From the NCBI GenBank assembly GCA_950097015.1, contig CATNEN010000032.1:806001-870000 (forward strand): a DNA stretch of 64,000 nucleotides, in the 5' to 3' direction. Position 1 is the first letter of the stretch. Every line of letters begins with the position of its first letter. The notes below the pieces were generated by a model. It made no database searches. It was not told where the DNA came from and saw only the letters and a list, made by a program, of their open reading frames with translations. The DNA comes from Macrostomum hystrix. Its lineage: Eukaryota > Animalia > Platyhelminthes. The position numbers were made by a program, and so were the translations under genes. Positions 1 to 11,850 of the stretch are shown piece after piece.

Positions 1-2346
1 GACGTTGAGCGAAAAAATATTGGAAAAGAAACAAATAGAATGAAATTCCTGAAATGCTTTCCTTTCCATAAGGACAAGCGCGCTAGTGATGGTGGCAACG
101 CAAAATTACGAGGAACTACGCACTGGGACATGACCTTGTCTGCCAATTTTGTCTGCCCTTCGAATAGGGCGTGCATAGGGTCAATGACATTCATTTCTGG
201 AAATTTGATGTATTGCAGAATTGCTGCCAATGCTCGGACGCAAAACATCGGTGATCCTCGAACCTCGGCGACCTCTGCGTGTGCCAGGTGTGACGAATGC
301 GTTCACAACTCAAAGCTCTCGCCGTCGATATGAGAAAACACGCGAACTCGACCCCTTTCTGAGACGCGAACGGACTCTCCCGCATGCAAGCACTTCGGAC
401 AACTAAACTTTCCATTGAACTGGTGAATGCAGAATATCTGCGCTAGTGCTGGCAGATCGGCAATGAAAAACGAAAAGTGGATATTGACTTCATGTCGACC
501 ATGAGTGAAACTAGTCGGGACACGCGAAAAGAGAATGGGTAGAACTTTCTCAAAGTCAGGCTTTTTGTGACACTCTATCATAGCTAGAAGGATGCAATTT
601 GTAAACTTGTCTCTCGGATGGCTTCAAGTTGAGCAGTTGTGCCTGGATTGGCCAGAAAGAAGTTTCTGAAGATTTCATGCACTTCGTCCCATCGGCACAT
701 ACGAGGAGGTGAAAATGACTATTGGAGTCGTTAGAGAGCTCTAGTTGCTCAGTCACAGCAGCCTTGCTACTTAAAAGATCACACCCAGGATTGCGACGCA
801 AAAAAACCTCATATTCGAGAATTTCAGCAAATTTTCGTGCGAAGATATCTCTTAGCTGCTCTTCTAGTAAGGGAATCACGATCCTACATCTTCTCGCATG
901 CGATTGATCGTGGCACTCGGTAGGGCAACGTGAACAGACAAAAAACTCGAATAATAGATCATCGTCTCCAAAAGAGTCCTTAATCAGTGTCTTAAGCGCA
1001 TCTATGTTTGGTGGAAAATTGATACCTTGACGCAAGACCCGAACCAACCTCAAGAGGCGATCCAACGTAGCATCATTGACCCCGGAGGTGATGGCCCACA
1101 AATACAGCAAAGCAGCGGAAGTCTCGATATTATCTACGTCCATAAAATATGCGCCATCGCTCTGAATGTCGGCTGCGTCGCCATCGCCCTGCGTGTCGGT
1201 CAGGTCGCCGTCCCTCTGAGTTTCGGCAGCGCCGCCATCGCTCTGAGTGTCGACCATGTCGCCGTCGTTCCGAGTGTCGTCACTGTCGCTCTGTGTGTTG
1301 CCATCGCTCTGTGTGTCGCCATCGCTCTGAGTGTCGAACATGTCGCCGTCGTTCTGAGTGCCGTCACTGTCGCTCTGTGTGTTGCCATCGCTCTGAGTGT
1401 CGATCATGTCGCCGTCGTTCTGAGTGCCGTCACTGTCGCTCTGTGTGTTGCCACCGCTCTGAGTGTCGATCATGTCGCCGTCGTTCTGAGTGTCGTCACT
1501 GTCGCTCTGTGTGTTGCCATCGCTCTGAGTGTCGACCATGTCGCCGTCGTTCTGAGTGCCGTCACTGTCGCTCTGTGTGTTGCCACCGCTCTGAGTGTCG
1601 ATCATGTCGCCGTCGTTCTGAGTGTCGTCACTGTCGCTCTATGTTGCCATCGCTCTGAGTGTCGACCATGTCGCCGTCGTTCTGAGTGCCGTCACTGTCG
1701 CTCTGTGTGTTGCCATCGCTCTGAGTGTCGATCATGTCGCCGTCGTTCTGAGTGCCGTCACTGTCGCTCTGTGTGTTGCCACCGCTCTGAGTGTCGATCA
1801 TGTCGCCGTCGTTCTGAGTGTCGTCACTGTCGCTCTGTGTGTTGCCATCGCTCTGAGTGTCGACCATGTCGCCGTCGTTCTGAGTGCCGTCACTGTCGCT
1901 CTGTGTGTTGCCACCGCTCTGAGTGTCGATCATGTCGCCGTCGTTCTGAGTGTCGTCACTGTCGCTCTATGTTGCCATCGCTCTGAGTGTCGACCATGTC
2001 GCCGTCGTTCTGAGTGCCGTCACTGTCGCTCTGTGTGTTGCCACCGCTCTGAGTGTCGATCATGTCGCCGTCGTTCTGAGTGTCGTCACTGTCGCTCTAT
2101 GTTGCCATCGCTCTGAGTGTCGACCATGTCGCCGTCGCTCTGGGTGTCGACCATGGTGCCGTCGCTCTGAGTGCCAAGCAAGTCGCCGTCGCTCTGAGTG
2201 TCGGCGGCATTGCCGTCACCCTGAGTGTCGGAAGGGTCGCCTGGGGCTTGCGATGGCTGCAAAGTGTCGCCGTGAGTTCCTTCATTTAAATGGAAAAGGT
2301 CGCGCAACGGATGACATGAACGCTTCCAATGGCTGAAAACGAACAC
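1..2346 (-). pseudogene. CACTA/EnSpm-like (Transposase_21-type) DNA transposase, frameshifted, runs off the left edge
   Basis: Minus-strand pieces carry motifs typical of animal EnSpm transposases: ADLPALAQIFCIHQFNGKFSCPKC (303-581), then by hand translation VIDPMHALFEG and LSLWKGKHFRNFILF (about 30-190). ORF 556-1605 has a CxxC and LLVCADG..K...SFWPIQAQLLNL. The N-terminal part contains the 66-bp repeat array. Confidence 0.8.
1231..2140. repeat. 66-bp coding minisatellite (about 14 units; 22-aa unit MIDTQSGGNTQSDSDGTQNDGD on the minus strand) with degenerate 18-bp subunits extending to about 1150 and 2280
   Basis: Unit gccatcgctctgagtgtcgaccatgtcgccgtcgttctgagtgccgtcactgtcgctctgtgtgtt is repeated in tandem. 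64-bp variants (ctctatgttgcc) occur near 1640, 1968 and 2098. Confidence 0.95.
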
Positions 2347-3243
2347 GCCAACAATAGTAGGAAAGGAAATGAGAGAAAAGTGACGTGTGACTTACGTCGA
2401 TTGATAGACAATTCGATAAAAATGATGGAAGATTGCTGTGTTTTAAATATGAAATAAAAATTGAACACGAAGCGTTCGTGTTCGAAGAAATTCGTGACAC
2501 AATTACACTACGTACAAAAAGACAAAAGGATTCGGGCCGATATTGAGAGCGAGTAAAAACGACGAGCAGAACACATGGTAGGAATAAGTGACACGTTTTA
2601 TCTGATACAATGTAGTTCCGTTTACAAAGAAGGGAAACAGCGACAACCAGATTAAACAAAAAGACAATACCACCAGACTATAGAACAACGCTTCGTGGGA
2701 CCGCATATGGAATGCGTCCAGGATGGTACAGGTGCAAAGGTGACAATATGCCTTGAACTACGGTTCACATCAATCGCAATAAACCAACGTTTCTATTTAG
2801 TGTCCAAAAAAAGCTGTTCACGATTCGTCCACTGTGCCTTTGCGACGCCGCTTGGATTCTCTAGCCAGTTGGTTGAGGTTCGTCTTGATGTCAGACCAAG
2901 CGCGCACAAATCGGTCCGCTGATATGTTATAACACTTCCGCAGAACGCCTGTATAGTGTAGAGAGAAATTGGAGGAGAGCTAAATGACAATTGTTTGAAA
3001 GTTTGCCATTCGATGACGGAACTACTACGAGTGCATCAAATAGTCCAGTGCGCATAAAATACATCTAACACATCTATCCTGTTCCATTTTCAATGCTTGA
3101 AATTACGTGTAAACGCATATCCTAAAATCTATATAACAAAATTTGCACAGGACTACATACTTGTTGAACTTTATTATTTTTAAACCTATACTGACATTAG
3201 ACTCCAAACGATTCTTTTTAGCACACAGCTGTTTCATAAAGTA

Positions 3244-3844
3244 TTATTTACGCTTCATTTCCACGACATCCGACTCCGGAGCGGCCTGTCTAGGTGACCT
3301 GTTGCCGCATCGCGAATCAATGACATAGCGAGTGAAATAGCTCTCGCCAAATCTGAGACGGATAAATTTCCGAACAAATGTGGCCGGATTCGGCGCGACA
3401 ATGGTAGACAGTGCGACAGTCGCACCCGTGCATGACCGAAATTCCTGTCGAATAGTAAAATATAACGCCGATTGGTTCTTAGAAACCACGGCGCCAAAAG
3501 CAATGGATAGTCTAAAAAGCAGGAAGATTTACCTCATCGTCAAACGACTTGACAACGAAACCTTCATCGATAATGCGACTTGCGCGTCGAAGCTTACTGG
3601 CAAGTCGTCGCTCCATGTTACTTATCTCCGTCTTGATCTCATCTTTGAGGAAATCCTTCAGCTCGCCGACGACGGCACGAACTATGTTGGGTTGCATTCG
3701 ACTACTCGGTGAGTGTGGAGCGGAGTCTACTCTCACGTCAGAATTTGGACTAGCACATGTGGCTGTGGCAGCCGCCGCGGATGATCCTGTGAGATTGCAG
3801 ACCCGTGACAGTGCAAATTCTACGTTGTGAAATTTCGTAATCAC
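3244..3844 (-). CDS. Unassigned ORF pair (3512-3844 and 3244-3489), possibly an accessory gene of the CACTA element
   Basis: Two adjacent minus-strand ORFs with coding-like composition and a coiled segment (ELKDFLKDEIKTEISNMERRL), upstream of and co-oriented with the transposase. No diagnostic motif recognised. Confidence 0.3.
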
Positions 3845-6479
3845 AATATATCGTATATAACGTATCTAACGATCGTAACGTATATAACAATGTCTAGCAT
3901 GTGGAATTTCTGGTTTGTGAAGGACACTGATTAACATTTTCTAGGTTGTGAAATTTCTAGTTTCTCTTTGAACGCGTTTTTCAACATTGTAAAATTTTCA
4001 TGCTTGTGCAGCAACCCCGCTTCTAACATATAAAGCACTTCGAATAGCTTGCTTTACCTGCGCCAGAACCCATTCGCCGTCGTTCTGCCTGAAAAGCTTG
4101 CTGTTCCGAAGCAAATGCCGCAGAAGCAGAAGTCGACTTGGTAGTAACACGCTGTCTTTTTTGAGGTGGTGAGGGGTCATCGCGAGGGCCACTGTCATCA
4201 GAATCTTCAGAATCAAAGGTGGCTTGATCAAATGGTTTAGCAGGGATATACGCAGTAAATTATACATGTTTTATTGCTTTTTTTCTTGATATACAGTATT
4301 TCGTGTACTTTCCTTCATTGAGAAAGTACTTATTTGAAGTTTTTATATAATATTTAGAAATAATGCTTGTCGCAATCATGCATTCGCTAGAATGACTGCG
4401 TTATTTGGTATCCTGTGTCTCAAATGTATCATCTAAGCTGGAGTAAAGATGCCAATCAGTGCCTATGATTTGCACGAAATAATGACCTCTCCCTATTGTA
4501 AATAGGGCTCGTGTGTTGTCAGTAATGGTCCAATATAGCAATCCCTCTTTTACCAACTCAGAGGAGCACTTAAAAGTTAAAACAAAAAGAGTGCCGTTCT
4601 TACCATCCCTAGACACTGTATCCTTGCGTTGATAGCAGTGGTTGACAGAGCCAGGTTGGTTCCCTTAAAGTGCAATGGTGATAAAAATAACATTAAGGAA
4701 AATTGCACACACAAAATAACAATTATGTGAAATGGTGACTGCATCTATTAAGTCCATTAGATATAGCATTCTTGTGCTGTTGACTTGCCTTTATCAAGCC
4801 TCTTTCCAAAGGCCTGCATGATGTCATCTGTATCATCACATTCGCTAGCAAGCTGCTCAGCAATGCTGCCAGCCCTGGTCATCAAGTTGCTATTGCCACG
4901 GCATGCAAGACGTGCAGGGAACAACTTGTGATTCATCTCAAGATGAACACGTGCACCCTACAAAGTTTAAAACAACTATTACTTCAGCATGTACACATAT
5001 TATTTTTTTCATTACTTCTGTTCATTGCATCCATAAGTGCATAATTAAAGCAAGACTAGAGATCCTAAGTGTATTTACTAAATCATGGCTTTTTGTGCAC
5101 CAATAACAATATATATACATACAATGGCAAAATACTGCTATTGAAATAGAGGAATAGGAGAACTTGCAAAAGTACTAAAAATATAATATAACCTAGAAAA
5201 TGTAACAATTAAAAAAAAATGTTTAGAATAATTTTTTTCGCATGCCATATATCTAAAGCATAGTATATATGACAAAACAATATAATTTACATGATTAAAA
5301 ACTGCTATAGCCAATATATATTTAAATAACCAAGTACTATAGCTACTTGTCATTTATTTCAACATAATTCTTTATGTTTCTAGAGCTTATTGACTTTGGA
5401 TAATGGTCATTTTTGCTAAAATTTGTAGTTCACTATTTTTTTAAGTGAAACTTTGTTCTTGTTCTTTGTTCAAACATAGAAAAATATAAGTGATTATATT
5501 ATAGTCAGTGTTTATATATGATTATGCAAATACTGTAATTTCATGTACATTTAGTTTCAACCTACCAAAGCTTTCTCTTTGCTTATAAAAGCTGCACAAA
5601 GTTGATGATGTTTTTTGTTCATAAAAATGACCAAATTTATGCTAAAAATTAGGCTGATAAAGCTAAGGCAAGCAAAAATATTGACTTTTCCATTTTCTAA
5701 ATATGTCCATCTTATATAGAATCACCCTTAAGGGTTTGAGTTATTCTATACCCATAATAAAGCTACCACTACCACCCTTGGATATAAACATTGCCTCACT
5801 TCTCTATAATCCTAAGCTATCACCCTTGGCCATAGACATCATTCTGAGCTTTGTGCAACATGGCCATATAAATTAAAATTGAAAAATAATTTACCTAAAA
5901 CAAATGCCAGATTGCCATATACTCAAATATAAGATCTATGTCTATTCCTAATGTGAAGTTAAAAAGAGTTACACTTTTATGTTTTTAATATACATAATAG
6001 AATACTCAATACACAGATAATTGATATAATAATACTCTAAGTAATATAAAGGGTTTATATATACATATACCTGATAGCGGCAATCTTTTACTTTGTTTCT
6101 TGTAATTATTTTTTTGTTTGAATTTGCATCAGCTTGTCATAATAACTTCAGAAAAGGCACCCAAAACTGTCAGCAACAAACAGAAACAGAAAAACATAAC
6201 CTTGTCAGTCTCAACAGTCTCAGCATAGCAATAAGCAATTAGAGTAGGTAATAGTATGAGACCCAAAACAGGATAGCACCAAAGACATTGTTTGGGTAGA
6301 GTTGGTACCATAAGTACTCCTCGAGATGACTCTTAAATAGAAAGGTTTTGCAGTTATACTGCTAGCAAGACTTCATTAGGTGGCAGAATCCATGAAGGGG
6401 TAGCTGGTCATCCAGCCATAATTAATGCAATGCAAATATGGACATATATTGAAGCAGATATTTGCAGCTTTATAGCTAA

Positions 6480-7985
6480 CTTGTAAAGTCCATTTTCGTT
6501 GCCATCAAATGAGGATAAAGCTCGGGTTATAACTTCGTTTGTACGTTGATTTTCATTCCCTCGTACATCTGACATGTGACTTTGGCTAATTTGATGGCAG
6601 TGTAAATCGGACCTTTAAACAAATCCGACGGATATGGTAATTTTTTACTTATATAATATATATTTCAAGTGACAATTATAGCTACACGTATTATTGCAAC
6701 TTGTGCCTGTGATCACAATCTTTTTTAATATCTGATTCCCAATTACAAGGCAACTTACCTCAACGTGATCTTGTGATAGTCTTCGAGTGCACACGAACTC
6801 GTAGTGCTCGTCCTGAATCAACGCCGTGCTGAGCTGCCCCGTATTGCAGAAGTCGACAGGATCCACGCTTCTTTGAATTTCATAGTTGCCTTTAGCGACT
6901 TCCCGCTGCAAGGAAGAAATTGCCAGCTTCCGATGAAGGCTTCGACGCTGCGCAACTCTTCAATCTTCTCTGAAAGCGAACTTTGCGTGATTGGCTGCTA
7001 AATCCTTTGTCAAGAATGTGCGCCGAATTCAGCAAGTCGAATCCATCATTGACTCTCTTCACGAAATCCGCTGTCTGCAGGGCATCGATGGGCAGTTCCT
7101 GGTGATGCTCGAGTGTCTTGATTCCACTGGAAACTGAATGACTAAAGATCTGAGCGGCGAGGGAGACCTTCATTTTCTGGCCCAATTGGAGGCTGAAGTG
7201 CGCATCACTCAACCGACTCGCCAGTCTAAGTGACCGGCTGCTGTCCCTTTCGTAGAAGTCGACAAGGTCTTGCCATCTTGCTTGCTTGTCTCCGTCGAAA
7301 ATGATGTTCTTTATGAGGGCGTTGCGCGCATTTTTCAGGCAGTGCGGAACGTCAATGATGACAAATATCTTGCATTTGCGTCACATGGTAGTTTAGAAAT
7401 GGAGCCGCAGGGGTTACCTAAAAATATGAACAATTGGAGGGCTTTAATATAGCAAAATGCTCGCAAGCGCAATGCTTGAATTTATTGCTGTTTTGAAGAT
7501 TTGCAAACTTTCTCTACTGCATTTCAGCTATTGAAACCCAATATATTCTGATATCAATTTATAAAATAAAGTTTTGCTTACCAGTTTGCTGAGATAGGCC
7601 CATTGTGTCGTTTCTTGGTCGACAACCAGTGCGACAACCCGAATTCCAGCTTCATGGGCAGCGCGAAGGCACTCGTCTATCGCAGACTTGAACCGAAGCT
7701 GACCGAGGGTTCTATGAACTTGATAGTATGCAATCGGCTGCTTGCAGTTGCTCCAGATTCCACGGAGAACAGCAACAATTGCTTCGTTTATGGGTCTCTG
7801 AAGTTGCTGCTTAAGGTCATTAGCAGAATGTTTATCATAGCCGATGACTCTGTCACCATGCTGGTCGTAACGGATGCTGGCTGATAAACTCATGCCATCG
7901 AAGCAGAGGGTTGCTAGTCGCTGTGGCTCGGGGCCATCAGTAAGTTTTTCATGCAAAAGCTTGATCGTCTTTTGGCAGACACCAG
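6480..7985 (-). pseudogene. P-element (THAP9-like) transposase remnant, N-terminus cut off by a Harbinger insertion
   Basis: LCFDGMSL, VAVLRGIWSNCKQPIAYY and LVVDQE (7528-7985); IFVIIDVPHCLKNARN by hand translation (about 7320-7370); QKMKVSLAAQIFSHSV and TADFVKRVNDGFDLLNS (6892-7212); TRRLSQDHVE (about 6770-6800). Probable GT-AG intron at 7418-7581. Confidence 0.9.
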
Positions 7986-8266
7986 GGACTGATTTCATGA
8001 GCAACTGGTAAATTAGCAGTTAGCAGCAGCTAAAATAACTGTGGATATTCAGCAGTCTGCTAAAAACAGGTTTCATAAAGCAACTGGTAAATATCTGCTG
8101 GTAAATATCAGTACTGCTATTCCCCCTAGCATTGAATTCGTGCCATAGACATTCGCTTTGCAGCAGAAGAAGAAGCTGAGTTAGAGAAGGAGAAAGAGAA
8201 GGAGCGGGTAGTATATAAGGCTCTAGTCTCGCTAGCTTAGAAGTCAAAACTGAAAAGATTTTAACC

Positions 8267-8895
8267 ATGTCCACGGCGGAGCAAAAGCTCCTCTTTCTGT
8301 CTCTCATGAGAGACAAAAAGGCCGTTTTGTTCGGTAGTTTTGCGGATAAAGCAGAAGGCAAATCGAAAAAGCGACACGCTTGGGAGGAAATCCGAACCAC
8401 GATGGAGGCAAATGGGTTGTGCAAGCCAGTTGCATATCTGCGCGACACAGTGTGGAAAAACATTCGGATGGCAACAATGAAGAAGCGAGACGCTAGTCGT
8501 CAGACGGGCGCCGGAGGAGGGACTCTTGCCAAGGAGACAGATGTGGATCGTATGGTTCTAGAAGTCATTGGAAAGGAAAGTCCTTCGGTATGTGGGCTTG
8601 ATGTCGAAGAAAGTGTGCCCTGCATTCGACCCGATGCCGCTTCCGATGCATCTGTCCATATAAACAACTTAAACCGTACTATGCCTAGCAGCTCGGCGGA
8701 AAAGCCATCCATGGCCAGGCCTTCGATGTTGGCCCTGCTCAGCGACGAAGCAGGCGAAGCGCCATCGACACCACGTCGAAGGAAGCCGGAGAAGATGACG
8801 GAAAAAGAAGAGTTGGTTCTCGAGTTTCGCCTGAAAAGCTGCGCCTGGAAATCCGAAAACTTGAACTCGAGCAGCAAGATGATATACTATGCTAA
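8267..8895 (+). pseudogene. Harbinger Myb/SANT-like DNA-binding protein (H1), frameshift near 8825
   Basis: KLLFLSLMRDKKAVLFG...KKRHAWEEIRTTM...YLRDTVWKNIR is a Myb/SANT trihelix pattern. Homologous to the ORFs at 30492 and 44372. Confidence 0.85.
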
Positions 8896-8950
8896 AGCTG
8901 TTATTTTTCATAGCTAAACCCCTATCTTTCCCACATATCATTCTTCCAAA

Positions 8951-9577
8951 CTAATATTTCCCCAACTTCAAACTTCCCCACATCTCATCTTTCCCATATT
9001 CCCCGCTGCCTAACTTCCTTATGTCCCCTTCCATCCCCTTCCTTCCGCTGACAAGTAGCACATTCAACGAGTGTTGACCTTTACGGTCCACGAATTGGTT
9101 TTCGTGAAGTCCAGGTTTCTTAATGGGAATAAGGGTCCCATCGATGAGTCCACAGACAGAAGGCATTCCTGCGATGTTAAAGAACTTCTGCACAACGTTG
9201 TTGATGTCCGGCCAAGCAACGGTATGGTGAAAAAGCTCAGAGTTGATGGCAGTCGTTACGCGGCGCACAGCTCTTGTGACAGACGACTCGGAAGGCCCGT
9301 GCGCGTCTCGAAGTACGTGGTAGAAGCCGTTACAGGCGTAGAAACGCAATGCGGTCAACGCTTGCTCCCTGGCACTCAATTGACCACTTCGAACGCTATC
9401 ATACTCCAAGGTTGGGTGAATTCGTTCGAGCAGATGCTCGAACGTAGGTGGCAACATTCTAAAGCGCTGTCTAAAATCCCAGTCGTCGACGAAGTTCACG
9501 CGCTCTCGAAATTCCCTTGGACGCGGCCCGGGTTCCTCTTCGAGCAAATTAAGGGCGTCGTATATAGGCAGCTCCAT
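8951..9577 (-). pseudogene. Harbinger DDE transposase (H1), C-terminal catalytic half missing
   Basis: FRQRFRM..TFEHLL, EQALTALRFYA, GLIDGTLIPI and FVDRKGQHSLNVLLVSG, followed by unrelated sequence. Confidence 0.9.
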
Positions 9578-9872
9578 TTCTTAACCACCTAAGTAGAATG
9601 CTAAGCTTTAACCGTGGAAAATGTGGTTATTTTAGCAACGCTGGTATGCTCCTGAAACCAACCGTTACCAGCCCCCGAGAACACCCTACTTTGAGCCATA
9701 GACATAGACGTTCTAAATCAATACAAGCAGCCTCAGTTTTACCAGCTAATTCGTGAAACCACAGCATACCAGACTGCTAATAGTTAGCAGCTGCTAAAGT
9801 TCGTCATGAAACCAATCTTAAAGTAGCTGCGGTTATTTACCAGTTACCAGTTGCTCATGAAATTGGTCCCAG

Positions 9873-9925
9873 GGGCCAATTTTACGAAGCATTGATCACT
9901 GGTAATTTACCAGTGAACCAGTGGT
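9873..9925 (+). repeat. Orphan Harbinger left TIR directly abutting H1 across the CAG
   Basis: gggccaattttacgaagc aligns with the H1 TIR (ggactgatttcatgagc) and with the TIR at 40619. Confidence 0.7.
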
Positions 9926-10452
9926 TATTCCAAATCTGAATTTTCCAAAGCGTCGATTGAATACCAGCTGTCGGATTATAATCCTCCAATTCTTCGCCTC
10001 TTTTGGGCCTTCGTCTTCGTCTTACGTTTTCATGTACTTTTAGTCCCCTTAACACATTAGTTGCAGCTAACCTTATTTATTGTCTGTGACCTCATCCATT
10101 TGCGTTTACCACTTTTATATCTATGTACAAGACCACCTCTCCGTTACAGGTTCTCTTAGCGTGTAAGCGTGCCCTCAAGCGTGTCCATGTTCCTTTCTAT
10201 CTGCCTCACCTTTTCCTTCCACTGCCACTAAATAAACTCCATCCAAACTGCTAATTAGTTTGTTGTCCAAGCGACACCAGCTATCAACCATTGATCACCA
10301 TAGACAATTTTCGTTTTGTAAATAGCAAAATCTGATTTTACGAAGCTCTGCTTAGTCTACCACTGGTAAGAAGTCACAGATTAAATCAAGCTTAATTTTA
10401 ATCCACCCTTAACGTAGGATAAAAATCTATAGATAGTTGCTATTTCATGATC

Positions 10453-11466
10453 ATGGATCTTCTCCAGTTATGGAATGTCAATGAAGGACTCACAAAGAGT
10501 CTACATCCATGTAGATGGCGACAGTGATTTTGCTCAACGCTTCCGATTGAAAAGAAATACATTTGAGGAGCTGGAGCGGCTGATCGGACCTGTGCTGCAA
10601 CAACAAACTCGACGTAGCTGCGCTCTGACACCGATACAGCAAATCCTAACGGCATTGCGCTTCTACGCCACGAATTCATTCTACCATGTGATCAGGGACG
10701 CGCATGGACCGTCAGAGGCAACTGTTTGTCAGGTCGTAAAGCGTGTCACTCGTGCTATCAATGACACTCTTTTTCAAGATTTTGTGCGCTGGCCCCAGCA
10801 AGGTGTTGAGAATCTTGCCGTGGAATTTTTCCAACTGGGGGGAATGCCTAGCATCTGCGGTGCTGTAGACGGAACGCTGATCAACATTCGCACTCCATCC
10901 GAGAACGAGGCCCAGTTCGTAGACAGAAAGGGAGGGCATTCGCTTAATGTAATGGTGGTCTGTGGACCTCAACATCAACTGTTTTACGTGAACTCTTCGT
11001 GGCCTGGAAGTGTAAACGATGCACGTGTGCTACGAAACTCTAATCTATTTACCAGTTTTGAGCGAAACGGCTTCCGTTTTTTTCCTGGGTGTGTCATACT
11101 GGTAGATTCAATTTATCCGTGTCTTCAGTGGTTGATTCCACCTGTTCTGCGAAACAACTTGACTCCAGCAGAGATTCAGTTCAATTCAGCTCATCGCGCA
11201 CGCGTAGCATTGTTGAAAGAGCCATTGGTCTGCTAAAAATTAGATTCCCGTGCCTGCGGTTGCTGAGGGTTAAAGGACCGGAATACGCCGCAGAAATTGT
11301 AAAAGCCTGCTCAGTGCTGCACAACCTGTGTATCGTTCGAGAAGGTGCCATTGCTGACGGCGTGGTTCTGCAGTACTTTGCAGAAGTAGAGAATTTCGCG
11401 ATCGGGGAGAATGGTGTTCAGCAAGACTTTACGCGGCGCGAGCAGCTCGTGGCTTTTTTCCAGTGA
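10453..11466 (+). pseudogene. Harbinger DDE transposase (H2), frameshifts near 10470 and 11205
   Basis: GAVDGTLINI, FVDRKGGHSLNVMVVC, WPGSVNDARVLRNS, LVDSIYP, RSIVERAIGLLKIRFPCL and ACSVLHNLC. A TIR-like sequence tctgattttacgaagc lies at about 10331. Confidence 0.9.
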
Positions 11467-11828
11467 CATCGTGAGAGAGATTTTGATCCGCATTGCGACT
11501 AACTCTATCCACGTAATTTGTCGTTCAGATGGGAGGGTGGGAGAGTCGATTTCACAAAGCTAGCAGACGTCGACTAGCAAGGCTAAACTAACTGCTGCTT
11601 TTCAGCCAGCCTCAACCCTGGTTAAACTAGTAAGTAAGAAGACTGCAGTCTTTTACGTGGGGGCGAACAGCCCCACGAAGACTTTGCTTCTTCCTTACTA
11701 GAACTCGTGGGGGTAGAGGCAAGGTAATGGTGCAGCCTAAATTTACAATAGTTTTGTATCGAATTTGGGGGGTGGTTCCCGCCCCGCGTTGCCGCTTTCC
11801 TGCTACGCTCTCCCAGCTCCCGCTCCGA

Positions 11829-11850
11829 TATATATATATATATATATATA
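11829..11850. repeat. (AT)n microsatellite
   Basis: Continuous tatatata run. Confidence 0.9.

Larger units (their letters stand above)
7986..9869. mobile_element. PIF/Harbinger element H1 with both TIRs and a CAG target-site duplication; transposase internally deleted
   Basis: Left TIR ggactgatttcatgagcaactggtaa (7986) and right TIR ttaccagttgctcatgaaattggtcc (ends 9869). CAG at 7983-7985 and 9870-9872. Subterminal tagcag/ctgcta repeats. Convergent Myb and transposase ORFs. Confidence 0.9.

Noticed and set aside
1231-2140. CRISPR-like array
   Set aside because: The units are contiguous near-identical 66-mers with no unique spacers, lie in a transposase reading frame, and there are no cas genes.
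1027-2336. Plus-strand Cys/His/Arg-rich (CCHRSECR...) and Val/Ala-rich ORFs suggesting metallothionein or membrane proteins
   Set aside because: These are alternative-frame read-outs of the minisatellite; the minus-strand frame is continuous with transposase motifs.
9926-10300. Missing THAP/N-terminal half of the P element
   Set aside because: No THAP (C2CH) or LPS..TL motif in minus-strand translations; the segment follows a Harbinger TIR.
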